From an uncultured Phycisphaerales bacterium (GTDB lineage Bacteria; Planctomycetota; Phycisphaerae; Tepidisphaerales; Tepidisphaeraceae): a DNA stretch of 64,000 bases. The position numbers and the translations under genes were made by a program. Location of the stretch: contig CAVWVQ010000003.1 of assembly GCA_963758525.1 (NCBI GenBank), positions 3,200,001-3,264,000 on the forward strand, given 5' to 3'. Shown one piece after another: positions 53,861 through 64,000 of the stretch (its first letter is position 1; each line of letters starts with the position of its first letter). Under the pieces are notes generated by a model. It did not search any database. It worked only from the letters and a program-made list of their open reading frames with translations, and was not told the DNA's origin.

Positions 53861-54652
53861 ATGAATCAACAGATCGTCAATCCGGCGTTGGTTCGCGCGG
53901 CACGCTCGCGACTGCTGCGCATGCATTTCGAGTCGGGCGTTGGTCACATCGGCGGCAATCTTTCCGCGCTGGACATCCTGCTCTGTCTCTATCATGAGGT
54001 GATGACGCCCGCCGACAGCTTTGTCCTTTCCAAGGGACACGCGGCCGGGGCGCTCTACGTGGCGCTCTGGACGCTCGATCTGCTCAGCGACGAGGAACTC
54101 GGCAGTTTCCACAAGGACAACACGCGCCTCAGCGGCCATCCGCCTGCTGGAGCCATCCCGCAAATCGCGTTTGCAACCGGAAGTCTCGGACATGGCCTGG
54201 GACTTTCCAACGGCCTGGCATTGGCCAGCCAGCTCAAGGGAGAATCAGGCCACGTTTTTTGCCTGACGTCCGACGGCGAATGGAACGAAGGCTCCAGTTG
54301 GGAATCGCTCATCTTCGCTCAGCATCATCGCCTTGACCTGACGCTCATCGTCGATCTCAATGGCCTGCAAGGTTTTGGCTCCACTGCCGAAGTTGCCAAT
54401 CTCGACCCGCTCGCCGATAAGTTCCGGGCGTTCGGCTTGCCGACCGTGGAGGTGGACGGGCATGACATTTCCGCACTGCGGAACGTTCTCAAGCCGGCCG
54501 CAGTCAGCAACGGCCCACGCGCGGTGGTCGCCCGCACCCGCAAGGGATCGGGGGTCTCCTTCATGGAAAACAAAATGGAATGGCATTATCTCCCGCTCTC
54601 GTCCGAGCAATATGCGGCGGCTCTCACCGAGCTCGAAGCAGGCGGGCGCTGA
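53861..54652 (+). CDS. Split transketolase, N-terminal subunit (copy 2)
   Basis: GHIGGNLS, LSKGH, TGSLGHG, SDGEWNEG...DLN, TRKGSGVSFME. Confidence 0.92.
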   Translation: MNQQIVNPALVRAARSRLLRMHFESGVGHIGGNLSALDILLCLYHEVMTPADSFVLSKGHAAGALYVALWTLDLLSDEELGSFHKDNTRLSGHPPAGAIPQIAFATGSLGHGLGLSNGLALASQLKGESGHVFCLTSDGEWNEGSSWESLIFAQHHRLDLTLIVDLNGLQGFGSTAEVANLDPLADKFRAFGLPTVEVDGHDISALRNVLKPAAVSNGPRAVVARTRKGSGVSFMENKMEWHYLPLSSEQYAAALTELEAGGR

Positions 54653-54655
54653 TCG

Positions 54656-55570
54656 ATGCGCGATGTCTTCTGCCAGGCTCTCGTCCGCGCCGCCTCCCGC
54701 GAGGATTTTGTTTTTCTCACCGGCGACCTCGGATACGCCGCGCTCGAGCCGCTCCGCGATGCTTTGGGAAAGCGATTCATCAATGCCGGGGTTGCCGAGC
54801 AGAACATGATCTCGCTCGCGGCCGGCCTGGCCCGCAAGGGATTGCGGCCCTGGTGCTACAGCATCGCGCCTTTCATTTACGCCCGTCCGTTCGAGCAGAT
54901 TCGCAATGACTTATGCATCCACAATCTCCCCGTCGTGCTCGTCGGCAACGGCGGGGGTTACGGCTATGGCGTGATGGGCGCCACGCACCACGCCATCGAG
55001 GATTACGGGGCGCTGCTCACGCTCACCAACATGCGCTGCTTCGTCCCAGCGTTCGACGGTGATGTCGCGGCCATGATCGACCAGTTGATGGTCAGCCCGA
55101 CGCCGGCTTACTTTCGCCTTGGCCGTTCCGAACTGCCGAAGGGCACAACCGAGCCAAGGTACGTCAACTGGCGAAGACTCTGCAGCGGCGGGGGAGCCAC
55201 GTTGGTTGCGATCGGCCCACTCGTCGGAGGCATTCTCGGCGCCGCACAAAAGATGGACGAAGCGTCGCGACCCTGCGTCTGGGTGGTGGGAGAGCTGCCA
55301 CTGATCGACGTTCCCGCGGAATTCAAAGCTGACGTGAGCCGATCGCAACGGCTCATCGTGATCGAGGAACACGTCGCCCAAGGAAGCGTCGGCCAGATGC
55401 TGGCGCATCGCCTGCTGCTCGACGGCGCCGTGCCGCGCTGGTTTGCACATCGCACCGCACGCGCCTATCCGTCGGGCCGCTACGGGTCGCAATCCTTCCA
55501 CCGCAAAGAGTCCGGGATCGATGTGGCATCCGTGCTCGAATTGCTTCGATCGGGGGCGGCCAATGTCTGA
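54656..55570 (+). CDS. Split transketolase, C-terminal subunit (copy 2)
   Basis: TGDLG, NAGVAEQNM, RPFEQIR, GATHH, YFRLG, EEHVAQG. Confidence 0.92.
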   Translation: MRDVFCQALVRAASREDFVFLTGDLGYAALEPLRDALGKRFINAGVAEQNMISLAAGLARKGLRPWCYSIAPFIYARPFEQIRNDLCIHNLPVVLVGNGGGYGYGVMGATHHAIEDYGALLTLTNMRCFVPAFDGDVAAMIDQLMVSPTPAYFRLGRSELPKGTTEPRYVNWRRLCSGGGATLVAIGPLVGGILGAAQKMDEASRPCVWVVGELPLIDVPAEFKADVSRSQRLIVIEEHVAQGSVGQMLAHRLLLDGAVPRWFAHRTARAYPSGRYGSQSFHRKESGIDVASVLELLRSGAANV

Positions 55571-57553
55571 AACGCCGAGCGTCGCGCGAATGGATCTTGC
55601 CGCCAAGATCCGCAAACTTCCCGGCCCCATCCTGGTGCTGGGCGGCAGCGGATTCATCGGAGCCAACCTCCTGCGCACGATGCTCAATGTCCGATCCGAT
55701 GCCGTCGGCACGACGACGCGCATGCCCGCTTGGCGCTTGGAGGGACTCCCCGAGCGCAGCGTGCGTGTTGTCGATCTGCTCGTCGATTCCAATCTCGAGT
55801 CGCTCCTGGACGACGTTCGCCCGCGCATCATTCTGGATTGCGTTGCCTACGGGGCGTACTCCTTCGAAACCGACACCGGATTGATCTATCAGACCAATTT
55901 CAACTTCGTTTCGCGGCTCCTTGAACGCCTCGCGGGTCGCAATGTCTCGTGTTACATCCATGCCGGCAGTTCGTCTGAATACGGGGACAATGCGTCAGCT
56001 CCGAAGGAGTCCGATCCGACTGCGCCCAACAGCGAATACGCCGTCTCCAAAGTCGCCGCGGCCAACCTGCTCTATTTTTGGGGAAAGCGGAAGAAATTCC
56101 CCTGCTGCAACCTGCGCCTCTATTCCGCATACGGCCCGCTGGAAGACTCCTCCCGGCTCATCCCGACGCTGATCAAGAACGGCTTGGATGCGAAATATCC
56201 GCCTTTCGTATCCCCGCATATCTCGCGCGACTTTGTCTATGTGGACGACGTGACCGAAGCGTTCGTCGACGCCGCGATGAATCTTGTCGAGGAGGACTAC
56301 GGCGAATCGTTCAACATCGGCTCGGGAACGCGCACCACCATCGGGCAGGTCGCGAACCTCGCGCAGACTCTCTTTTCGATCGCGAAAGCGCCATCGTTCA
56401 CCATGCCCGACCGGCGGTGGGACGTTGCCGAGTGGTATGCCGATCCGCACAAGGCGAAGCATCGGCTCGGGTGGGAGCCGCGAACCGATTTTCTCGAAGG
56501 CCTCGGCAAAACCATCGAATGGTTCCGTCAGCTTCCCAATAAAGAGGCCTACGAGCGATCGTCAAAGCGTTTCGCGCTGGACACGAAGCACAGCGTGAGC
56601 GCCGTGATCGCCTGTTACCGGGACAACCTGGCGATTCCGATCATGTACGCTGAGCTGAAGCAGGTTTTTGCAAAACTGAACGTCGATTACGAAATCATCT
56701 TCGTGAACGATTGCAGCCCCGACGACAGCGAAGAGGTGATCCGCAAAATCACCCGCGACGATCGGCGGGTGATCGGCATTTCGCACTCGCGCAATTTCGG
56801 ATCGCAGGCCGCGTTTCGCAGCGGAATGGAGGTCGCCTCGAAGAATTCAGTGGTTTTGCTGGACGGCGATCTGCAGGACCCGCCGCACCTGATCGAGCAG
56901 TTTGTCGCCAAGTGGCGCGAAGGATACGACGTCGTGTATGGCCGGCGCGTGCAGCGCGAGGCGACGCTGTTCATGCAGTTCGCCTACAAGGCGTTTTATC
57001 GCATCTTCGACTACTTCTCCTACGTGCGCATCCCGCACGACGCCGGCGATTTCTCCCTTCTCGACAAGCGCGTCGTCGCGGCGCTTTCGCGCTTCCCCGA
57101 GCGCGACCTGTTCCTTCGCGGTACCCGCGCCTTTGCCGGGTTCAAGCAGACTGGCGTTGACTACAGGCGCCCGAACGCCGCTTCGGCAAGACCACCAACA
57201 GCCTGCGAAAAAACTTCGCGTGGGCAAAGAAGGGAATTTTTTCGTTCAGCAACGTCCCGCTGAACCTGCTGAGTTTTGCCGGCAGCGCCATGTTCGTCTT
57301 CACGCTGCTGCTGATGCTCGCCCAGATCGTTCTGCGGCTGCTGTTCCCGCACCTCGTCCCGCGCAGCATCACCACCGTCCTGATCGCCATTCTCTTCTTC
57401 GGCGCGATCAACCTCTTCGCCATCGGCATTCTCGGCGAATACGTCGGCCGGATTTTCGAGGAAGTAAAACGACGCCCACTCTTTATTCGCCGAAGCATCA
57501 TCCGCGATGGTGACATTCGCGCCGCCACCGCGCCGGAGCGATCGGAAGAGTAG
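55563..57553 (+). CDS. NDP-sugar epimerase/dehydratase fused to a GtrB-like GT2 with C-terminal TM helices; frameshift at ~57170
   Basis: GGSGFIG, SSSEYG, YAVSK; then VNDCSPD, SRNFGSQ, DGDLQDPP, GDFSLLD, and two TMs with GEYVGRIFEEVKRRP. Confidence 0.88.
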
Positions 57554-57564
57554 GGCTTGCGCGG

Positions 57565-58497
57565 TTACGACCCGCCAGACGAAAGCAGCCTTTCGATTTC
57601 CCTTCGTTTCGGGGCTGACACCGATGTCCCCAGTCTCGTCACGGAAATCGCTGCCGCCGCGTTGGCGAACCGAACGGCGGCGGGGAGAGCCTTCCCTTCC
57701 GCCAGCGCGACAGCCAAAGCGCCATTGAAAATATCGCCGGCCCCGGTCGTATCCACTGCCTTGACCTTGAACCCAGGCACCAGCTTCTTCCCGCTCTCGT
57801 CGGCAACGAACGCCCCGCGCGATCCGAGGGTGATCACGACCGTTTTCACGCCTCGTGCTCTGAGAAGGTCGGCCGCCCTGCCCGCCGCCGCTTCGTTGGA
57901 AACTTTGACGCCGGTGAGCAGCTCCGCTTCGTGTTCGTTGGGAGTAAGAATCGTGAGATCCTTCAGCAGCGCATCAGGCAGTTCCCGCGCCGGAGCCGGG
58001 TTGAGAATCACGCAAACGCCCGCATCTGCCCCGGTCCGCGCCGCCAGTTGCACGGTTTCCAACGGAACCTCCAACTGCATCATCAGGATGGAAGCGGAAC
58101 GGATGAGCTTCGCGGCCTTCTTCACGTCGCCTGGCGTGAGCCTCGAATTCGCCCCCGGCGCCACGGCGATGCTGTTGGCGCCATCTCTTCCGACAAAGAT
58201 GAGCGCCACGCCGGTCGGCGCAGCCTTGTCGCGAATGACTCGCTCCGCATTGACTCCGTGACGCTTGAAGCTGGCAATGGCCTCCGTGCCAAATTCATCC
58301 ATTCCGACGCGCGCGACGAACAGAACTTTTCCGCCCGCCTGCGCTGCCGCCACCGCCTGATTGGCACCTTTGCCGCCGGGATTGGTCGAGAACTCTCCGC
58401 CAAGAACGGTTTCGCCGGGGTTAGGGATGCGGTCGACCTGGATGACCATGTCGACAACCGAGCTGCCGACAACGACGATCGGATGGGTGTTGTTCAT
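57565..58497 (-). CDS. rbsK: Ribokinase
   Basis: GGKGANQAVAAA, NPAPA, PNEHEA, DTTGAGDIFNG. Confidence 0.93.
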   Translation of the reverse strand: MNNTHPIVVVGSSVVDMVIQVDRIPNPGETVLGGEFSTNPGGKGANQAVAAAQAGGKVLFVARVGMDEFGTEAIASFKRHGVNAERVIRDKAAPTGVALIFVGRDGANSIAVAPGANSRLTPGDVKKAAKLIRSASILMMQLEVPLETVQLAARTGADAGVCVILNPAPARELPDALLKDLTILTPNEHEAELLTGVKVSNEAAAGRAADLLRARGVKTVVITLGSRGAFVADESGKKLVPGFKVKAVDTTGAGDIFNGALAVALAEGKALPAAVRFANAAAAISVTRLGTSVSAPKRREIERLLSSGGS

Positions 58498-58609
58498 GCG
58501 AGAAGTGATTATCTGATTCCGAACAAAAGATAAAATAAATGACGTTGCGCGAACCGCCCGCTGTCACTATCCAAGGCCCCGCATAAATCCGTAAAGAGTG
58601 GAATCGCGT

Positions 58610-61532
58610 TTACACCAAACCCCCGGCCTTCCGCAGTATCCATTCTGTCGTAATCAAACTGACAAACGCGGCCAGAAACGCCCAGTGCGCCTTGCGCGTC
58701 CACGGGTCTTTGGGATCTGCAAACATGCCGATCTGCTCGATAGTTGTTTCATTGTGACGAAGGTCAGGCAGATGTTCCGCCAGGACGTCGGCGTACGCCG
58801 CGTCCAGCGCAATGCCGCCGCCGGCTTGGGCGATTTGCTCCATCGCCTCGTGGTCGGCATTGATGTTCTGCATTTCCAGGTTTGAATCGGCAAGCACCTG
58901 AATGCCGAGCTTCCGTGCGGCGTCGGTTGTATCCGAAGCCATCAATTGTTCGATTTCCGGACCGGCCAGCGCAAGCTCGATCTGCCCCGGCGGAAGCGTC
59001 GGCAGCGTTGCGTGATAGAAGCCGGGAGTCTGCGGCGAGTCTTCCATCTCGGCGTCGTGAACGATCTTGTCATCTCCCGCGATCCGCGCAACCACTTTGA
59101 AATGCTGCCCCGTCAACGGCGTGAGATCTTCCTTCAGCACCCGCGCGGTCACGTGAATCGGTTCCCCGTCCGCGTATCTGGGTTTGTTGGTGCCAAAGCG
59201 CACGAACGTGCCGCCGGCCGGCAAATCGCTGCCGACCACCCAACGGATGACCTGTCCCCAAAATCGTTCGTGAAGGTCCTGCCCGTTGACTTGCCGCAGT
59301 CGCCAGGTGGAGTCGCTCGCCAGATACATCACTCTTCCCAAGCCGACGGACATCGTGCAGAGCAGCGACCGCTGACGCGCGGCTTCGAGCGTGTTGACGC
59401 CGGCGGGGGGGCCAGGCACATGATCGGCATCAGCTTGCTTGTCGGCAATCGACCAGAGCACGTTGGCGGCGAGCTTCGCCTGTGTCTGCTCGCTGTGCCA
59501 GTACCACGGCGGGATGCCCGACCAGAGCTCGGCATTGCTCGTGTCATCCAGGCCGAGTTGGCTCAAGATCGACTTGGCTCCCTCGGGCGCGATCGTCGGG
59601 CGAAAGCCGTTATGAAGCTGATCGCTCAACGACGTTGCCGTCCAATTCGCGTTCAGATAAACCGGAAGAAGATCCGCCAGCGGCGTGCCAGCATAGCGGC
59701 CTGGCATGTTCTGCGCCGGCAATCACGATCAGTGTCGCGCCGCGGTCGCGAACGGCGGCGACAATGTTCTGCTGCATTTCCGCCGAGAGCGACTCGGCCG
59801 GCACGTCGCCCAGCACCAGCAGATCAAATCCGGACCATTCCTCTTTCGTCTGCGGCAGGATTTGAGCCTCAACCGTTCCCGAATTGGTGGCCAGCGCCTT
59901 GACCGGCGCGGGAGGCTGCACTTCCGCGACGCTTGCCGGTTCCAGCAGCACCGTCTGAAGCTGCACGCGGTTGTCGCGCCCAAGATAATTCGCCAGGTAG
60001 CGGAACTCCCACCGCGGCTGGTCATCGACGATCAGCACGTGCAGCTTGTCGTTCTTCACCGACACGCGAAAACTCTGCCGATTGTTCTCCTTCACCGCCT
60101 CGTCGGGCAGCTCTCGAACGTGAATCTCATAATCGTAAATCCGCGCCTCGGGCGGCTTGTCGCGGAACGCGACCACCTGCGTGACCCGGTTCGACTTTGG
60201 CGTGATGGTCTTGGTATCGATCGTTTGCGAGCCGCGCAGCAGATCGACCGTCACCGGCTTTCCTTCCAGCCCGTCGAGACGCAACAGCGCCGAGGCGCGA
60301 AGCGTGTCGTCCTTGTAAATCCAGTCTGGCGCGTCGATCGAGTCGACAGCCGCGTCGCGCACGCGTTCGCGGGAGCCGACGGCCAGCGTGAAGACGCGCG
60401 CGCCGTGCGCCGCCAGCTTTCGCGCGGGCTCGATCAAGTCTCCTCCATCATTGGCCCGGCCATCGGAAACGAGCAGCACATTCGCCTGGTCGGAATTGGA
60501 GATTTGATCTCCCACGAATTTGAGTGCGTCGGCGATGTTCGTCGCTCCGCCCACGGGTTCAACGGCATTTTTCAGCAACGCGGCGAGATTGGACTTGTCG
60601 GAAGCATCAATTTCGCGCGACGTGCCGGCAAACGTGACGACCCGCGTATCCTGGTCGGCGAGCACTTGTGCGAGCGATCGCGGCGCTTGCGACAAGTCGG
60701 CCGTCAGCGCCGCGCCAGCGAGGTCGGCGCGGCGCATCGCGGTGACCTTGGCCAGCGCTGGCTGCAAGGATGGATTGGACGCGACCCCAGCGAGCAACTC
60801 GTTGTCGGTCCGGTCGGCAGCGGACCGCAGCTTTGTAATGTCGGTCGCAAGCGAGCTGAGAGTTGCGTGCCACGGCGCAGCGGCTCGGGACGCGAGCGCT
60901 TCGGAAAATCCATCGGAAATGCGCCGCAGGTCGTCAATCGACTTCCCGGCGTCGCCGCTGTGTCCCCGCGGGTCTTTATCGAGTTCTGATGTCAGATCGT
61001 TGAGATGATCGATCCACTTCCTGACTGTCGCGGCACTCGCGCTGTCAGCGAGTGTCTCATCGGCGGCCTGCAGATGTTCCAGCTCTGATCGAAGCGCCGA
61101 GAGCTTCGCCGCCAGGCGATCGAGCCGGCTGGTGCGCGTGCCGGCAGGAAGATAACCCAGCGCGTCCGCCCAGCGCAATTGCTCGATTTGCGATGATTGC
61201 CGATCGGTCTGCTTCATCGACAGGCTCTGATCGAGTACGAGCCAGAGCGATCCGCCGGTATTGTGCGTACTGGCCCATTGCCGGACAGGGCGGAGGAGCA
61301 GCAGCATCATCAGAATGACCAGCAAAATGCGGATGGCTGTCAGCCAGTGGACGATTCGCCGCGGGGCTATCTTTTGTTGTTCGCGGTAGAGATAGAAGAC
61401 CATCGTGCCAACCGCGGTTCCGAGCAAGAGCAGCAGAAACCAGTTGAACGCCGGGTCAAAGCTCAGCGCGCAGAGCGCAGGGGTTGCCATCGAGTCAGCG
61501 AGATCGAACGTGAGCTCCGACATCATCTTCAT
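58610..61532 (-). CDS. Large membrane-anchored vWA/glutamine-amidotransferase-like protein; frameshift at ~59713
   Basis: N-terminal TMs, MIDAS-like DQSLSM, LVSDG, PRWEFRYL, STWRLR...ERFWGQ, C-terminal EWILRK. Confidence 0.82.
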
Positions 61533-61535
61533 TCG

Positions 61536-63767
61536 TTACACATTCGGTCCCATCGCCTCCGCGACGTTCACGCCCTTCCTCGCCTTGATCAGGCGGTGCG
61601 TGACGTAGGTCTCCGCGAGAAGATTCAGCAGGACAAACATCGCCAGCCATCTCCACAGATCAGCCCCGCGATTTTCCTTGCGGATGATTCCTGCCAGGTC
61701 GTCCGTCGCGATCGGGTGGTCTTCATCAAAGTATCCGGCGTCGGCCAGGCGTTTGCGGTCCTGCGCGCCAAGCGAGTGATCGTCCAACTCGTGCGGATCG
61801 ATGCCGACGCCGTAGTAAATCGGCTGAGGTTTAATTTCAGTCGGCGTGAAATGCAGCGCGTACAGTCCGGGCGAAAATGCGTCGTTGTAGCGAAACTCGT
61901 ATCGGCCGTTGGCGAGCGTCGGGCTCTTGTTACCGTCGATGGTGCCATCGGGAAGCGTCACGTCAATCGCCCGCACCGGAGGCTTCATCGAGCCGGTCCA
62001 CACCAGCGGCTCGCCCGAGTGGAGCGCGCGATTGTCCAGGCCGCGCGTCTGCCCGCCGGAGAGATGATAAATCGTTTCGTTGACCAGCGGCACGAAGTTA
62101 GCCATCAGCGGCCAGTTGTTCCACTCACCGTCGACCGAGGTACACCAGACGGCGACGCGTCCGCCGTTGCGACCCATCGGCCGCTCGAGCACAAGCGGAT
62201 CGCCGCTGGTTGACGCGAGAATCACTTCCGTGTCGGCGTCGCCCGGCTGCAGCGCCCACCATTTCTGCGTCAGCGCCCCCGAAAACGCATCGCGCTCGGC
62301 AGATGCCACAAGCGACACCATCGGGTTGCGCGGATCTTTCAGCTCCGTCGATTGCGGCGTCGCGTCGCCGCGCGGCTTGGGTTCCTTCAGGGTCGCGGCG
62401 AAGATCCCCGCGCGGCCCAATTGATCGCCAATAAACGAAGGATCGGTGCGCTGCCCCAGAATGATCCAGACGCCATGGCCCGCGCGGGCGTAATCAACCA
62501 GCTTGTCCTGCACCGCCGATGGCAGCTCCGGGCAGTCGTTCACGACGACGACGAAATAATCGTCCAGCGGCACGTTCGCGCTCTGTGCCACGCTGACCAG
62601 CCGCGGTTGCACCAGCGTCGAGGATTCCTGCAACCGATCGACCGGCTGCATCGCCGACTGCAAAAACTGGCTCGATCGGAATCCGCCGGCGGAAGTCAGT
62701 TGGCCGTCGATGATGAGAATCGGAATCTTCTGCCATACACGAATTGCCGCGACCGCCTGATTGTCCGCCGCGAGGGCGTCAACAGTGTCGCACGACACGC
62801 TGATCCAGTTTGAGCCGGCCGATTCGAAAGTGTGATCGAATCGGATGGTGGTCGACTGTCCCGCCGCCAGGCTCGCGAGCTGCGCAGGCGGATCGATCGG
62901 CTGTCCATTGACGATCAATCTGACGCTGACCGCGTCGATCTCCCTGGGGCCGCTGTTGGAGACCGTCGCCGTGATCTGGGCCGGGTGACCGACGCCGATC
63001 AAGCTCGGCTGCACAGCGAGCTGGCCCACGGAGATGTCTGATGCGGCGTTGTCCGGCGTGAGCAACAGCTCGTGCATTCCCAAATCGTGATCCCCGCCGC
63101 CGCCGGTCGCTCCAACGGCCAGCCGCCATGCGGCATCGTCGTCGGCGTGCCAACTCGTCGTTTGCGCGTCCGATGCGACAATGATGATCTTCCGCACGTT
63201 GTGCCCGCGGCCGATCACTTCCCGCGCCGTTTGCACCGCCTCGGGGATCGAGCAATCCGACAGCCCCGGCGCAAGCTGATGCAACTGATCGTGCAGCTTC
63301 GGCAGTTCCCCCACGCCCACCGGCAGCGGCGTCAGCACGCGCGGATGATGCTCCGCAAGCACCACCGACAGCGAATCCGACGGCCGAAGAACACTTCCCA
63401 CCTGATCCGTCGCCGCGATGGCCTGATCAAAAAGCGACTGCTGCCCGGCATGGCGTCCCATCGACAGTGACCGATCGACAATGACCGCCACGTCCACCGG
63501 CAATCGACTCGCCAGCGGGTTGTACGCGCCATGAATCCACAGCGGCCGCGCCAGCAGAAACGCCAGCGCCGCCAATCCCGCGATGCGCAGCAGCATCAGC
63601 AGCCAGTGATCCACCCTCTTTCGCCGTTTCATCTGCAGCGGCGTCTCATGCAGAAACTGCATCGCCCCCCATTGCACCGGAATCGTCCGCTGCCGATGCA
63701 GCAGATGAATGATGACGGGGATTCCCGCCGCTACCAGGCCGACGAGTAGAGAGGACATCAGGAACAT
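61536..63767 (-). CDS. BatA (aerotolerance N-terminal) + vWA + CARDB-like membrane protein
   Basis: IPVIIHLL...WGAMQFL...LLMLLR...LARP, MIDAS-like DRSLSM, C-terminal TM. Confidence 0.88.
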   Translation of the reverse strand: MFLMSSLLVGLVAAGIPVIIHLLHRQRTIPVQWGAMQFLHETPLQMKRRKRVDHWLLMLLRIAGLAALAFLLARPLWIHGAYNPLASRLPVDVAVIVDRSLSMGRHAGQQSLFDQAIAATDQVGSVLRPSDSLSVVLAEHHPRVLTPLPVGVGELPKLHDQLHQLAPGLSDCSIPEAVQTAREVIGRGHNVRKIIIVASDAQTTSWHADDDAAWRLAVGATGGGGDHDLGMHELLLTPDNAASDISVGQLAVQPSLIGVGHPAQITATVSNSGPREIDAVSVRLIVNGQPIDPPAQLASLAAGQSTTIRFDHTFESAGSNWISVSCDTVDALAADNQAVAAIRVWQKIPILIIDGQLTSAGGFRSSQFLQSAMQPVDRLQESSTLVQPRLVSVAQSANVPLDDYFVVVVNDCPELPSAVQDKLVDYARAGHGVWIILGQRTDPSFIGDQLGRAGIFAATLKEPKPRGDATPQSTELKDPRNPMVSLVASAERDAFSGALTQKWWALQPGDADTEVILASTSGDPLVLERPMGRNGGRVAVWCTSVDGEWNNWPLMANFVPLVNETIYHLSGGQTRGLDNRALHSGEPLVWTGSMKPPVRAIDVTLPDGTIDGNKSPTLANGRYEFRYNDAFSPGLYALHFTPTEIKPQPIYYGVGIDPHELDDHSLGAQDRKRLADAGYFDEDHPIATDDLAGIIRKENRGADLWRWLAMFVLLNLLAETYVTHRLIKARKGVNVAEAMGPNV

Positions 63768-63789
63768 GAGCTGGCCCGGTTATTGAGGG

Positions 63790-63958
63790 AAAGGCACGAA
63801 GGCACGCAGGCACGTAGGCACGAAGGGAAGGAAGCAGGATCTTTATGAATAGGATACGCTGAAAGAGGTTGGGGATACCGAGGGACGGGGGAACGGACAT
63901 CCGCACCTTCCCCCCATCCTCCCCTTCGTGCCTCCGTGCCTTCGTGCCTTCGTGCCTT
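63790..63958. repeat. Inverted pair of GGCACGRA arrays
   Basis: AAGGCACGAAGGCACGCAGGCACGTAGGCACGAAGGG ... CCCTTCGTGCCTCCGTGCCTTCGTGCCTTCGTGCCTT. Confidence 0.88.
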
Positions 63959-64000
63959 TCTCATCGCTTTCCTCTCTGTGCCAGATACCGCAACAACGCA

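Overview
GC-rich bacterial chromosome segment, most likely Planctomycetota (Phycisphaerae/Tepidisphaerales-like). That placement is inferred from the Uma2 genes, PQQ-propeller proteins, BatA/vWA genes and a CxxCGYDLRxxxxRCPECG zinc-finger membrane protein. (1) 1-15 kb: an SSS symporter-GT4-ABC-FtsX permease-2x PQQ-propeller operon converges on a HemN-like radical SAM / UbiC-like / flavin halogenase-like / thioesterase unit with an adjacent NifU gene. This is the best candidate for an uncharacterised biosynthesis-plus-export system. (2) 15-24 kb: EAL phosphodiesterase, pgk, rpe, accD, MshEN-like protein, two Uma2 genes, spoVR and an SGNH esterase. (3) 24-57.5 kb: a large surface-glycan island with an HldE-like enzyme, SDRs, two split transketolase pairs, HAD, a kinase, five SAM methyltransferase domains, three GT2 domains and four GT-C-like membrane proteins. 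It is interrupted at 28-32.8 kb by a scar holding a WD40-caspase pseudogene, an IS4 fragment and a possible RAYT remnant. (4) 57.5-64 kb: rbsK and two BatA/vWA genes. Intergenic DNA holds several families of inverted short-tandem-repeat arrays and REP-like palindromes. About eleven genes carry 1-2 nt frameshifts, nearly all at GCGC sites, which suggests sequencing error at a methylated motif rather than true pseudogenes. No rRNA, tRNA or CRISPR array was seen. All calls come from motif recognition by eye; no database searches were run.
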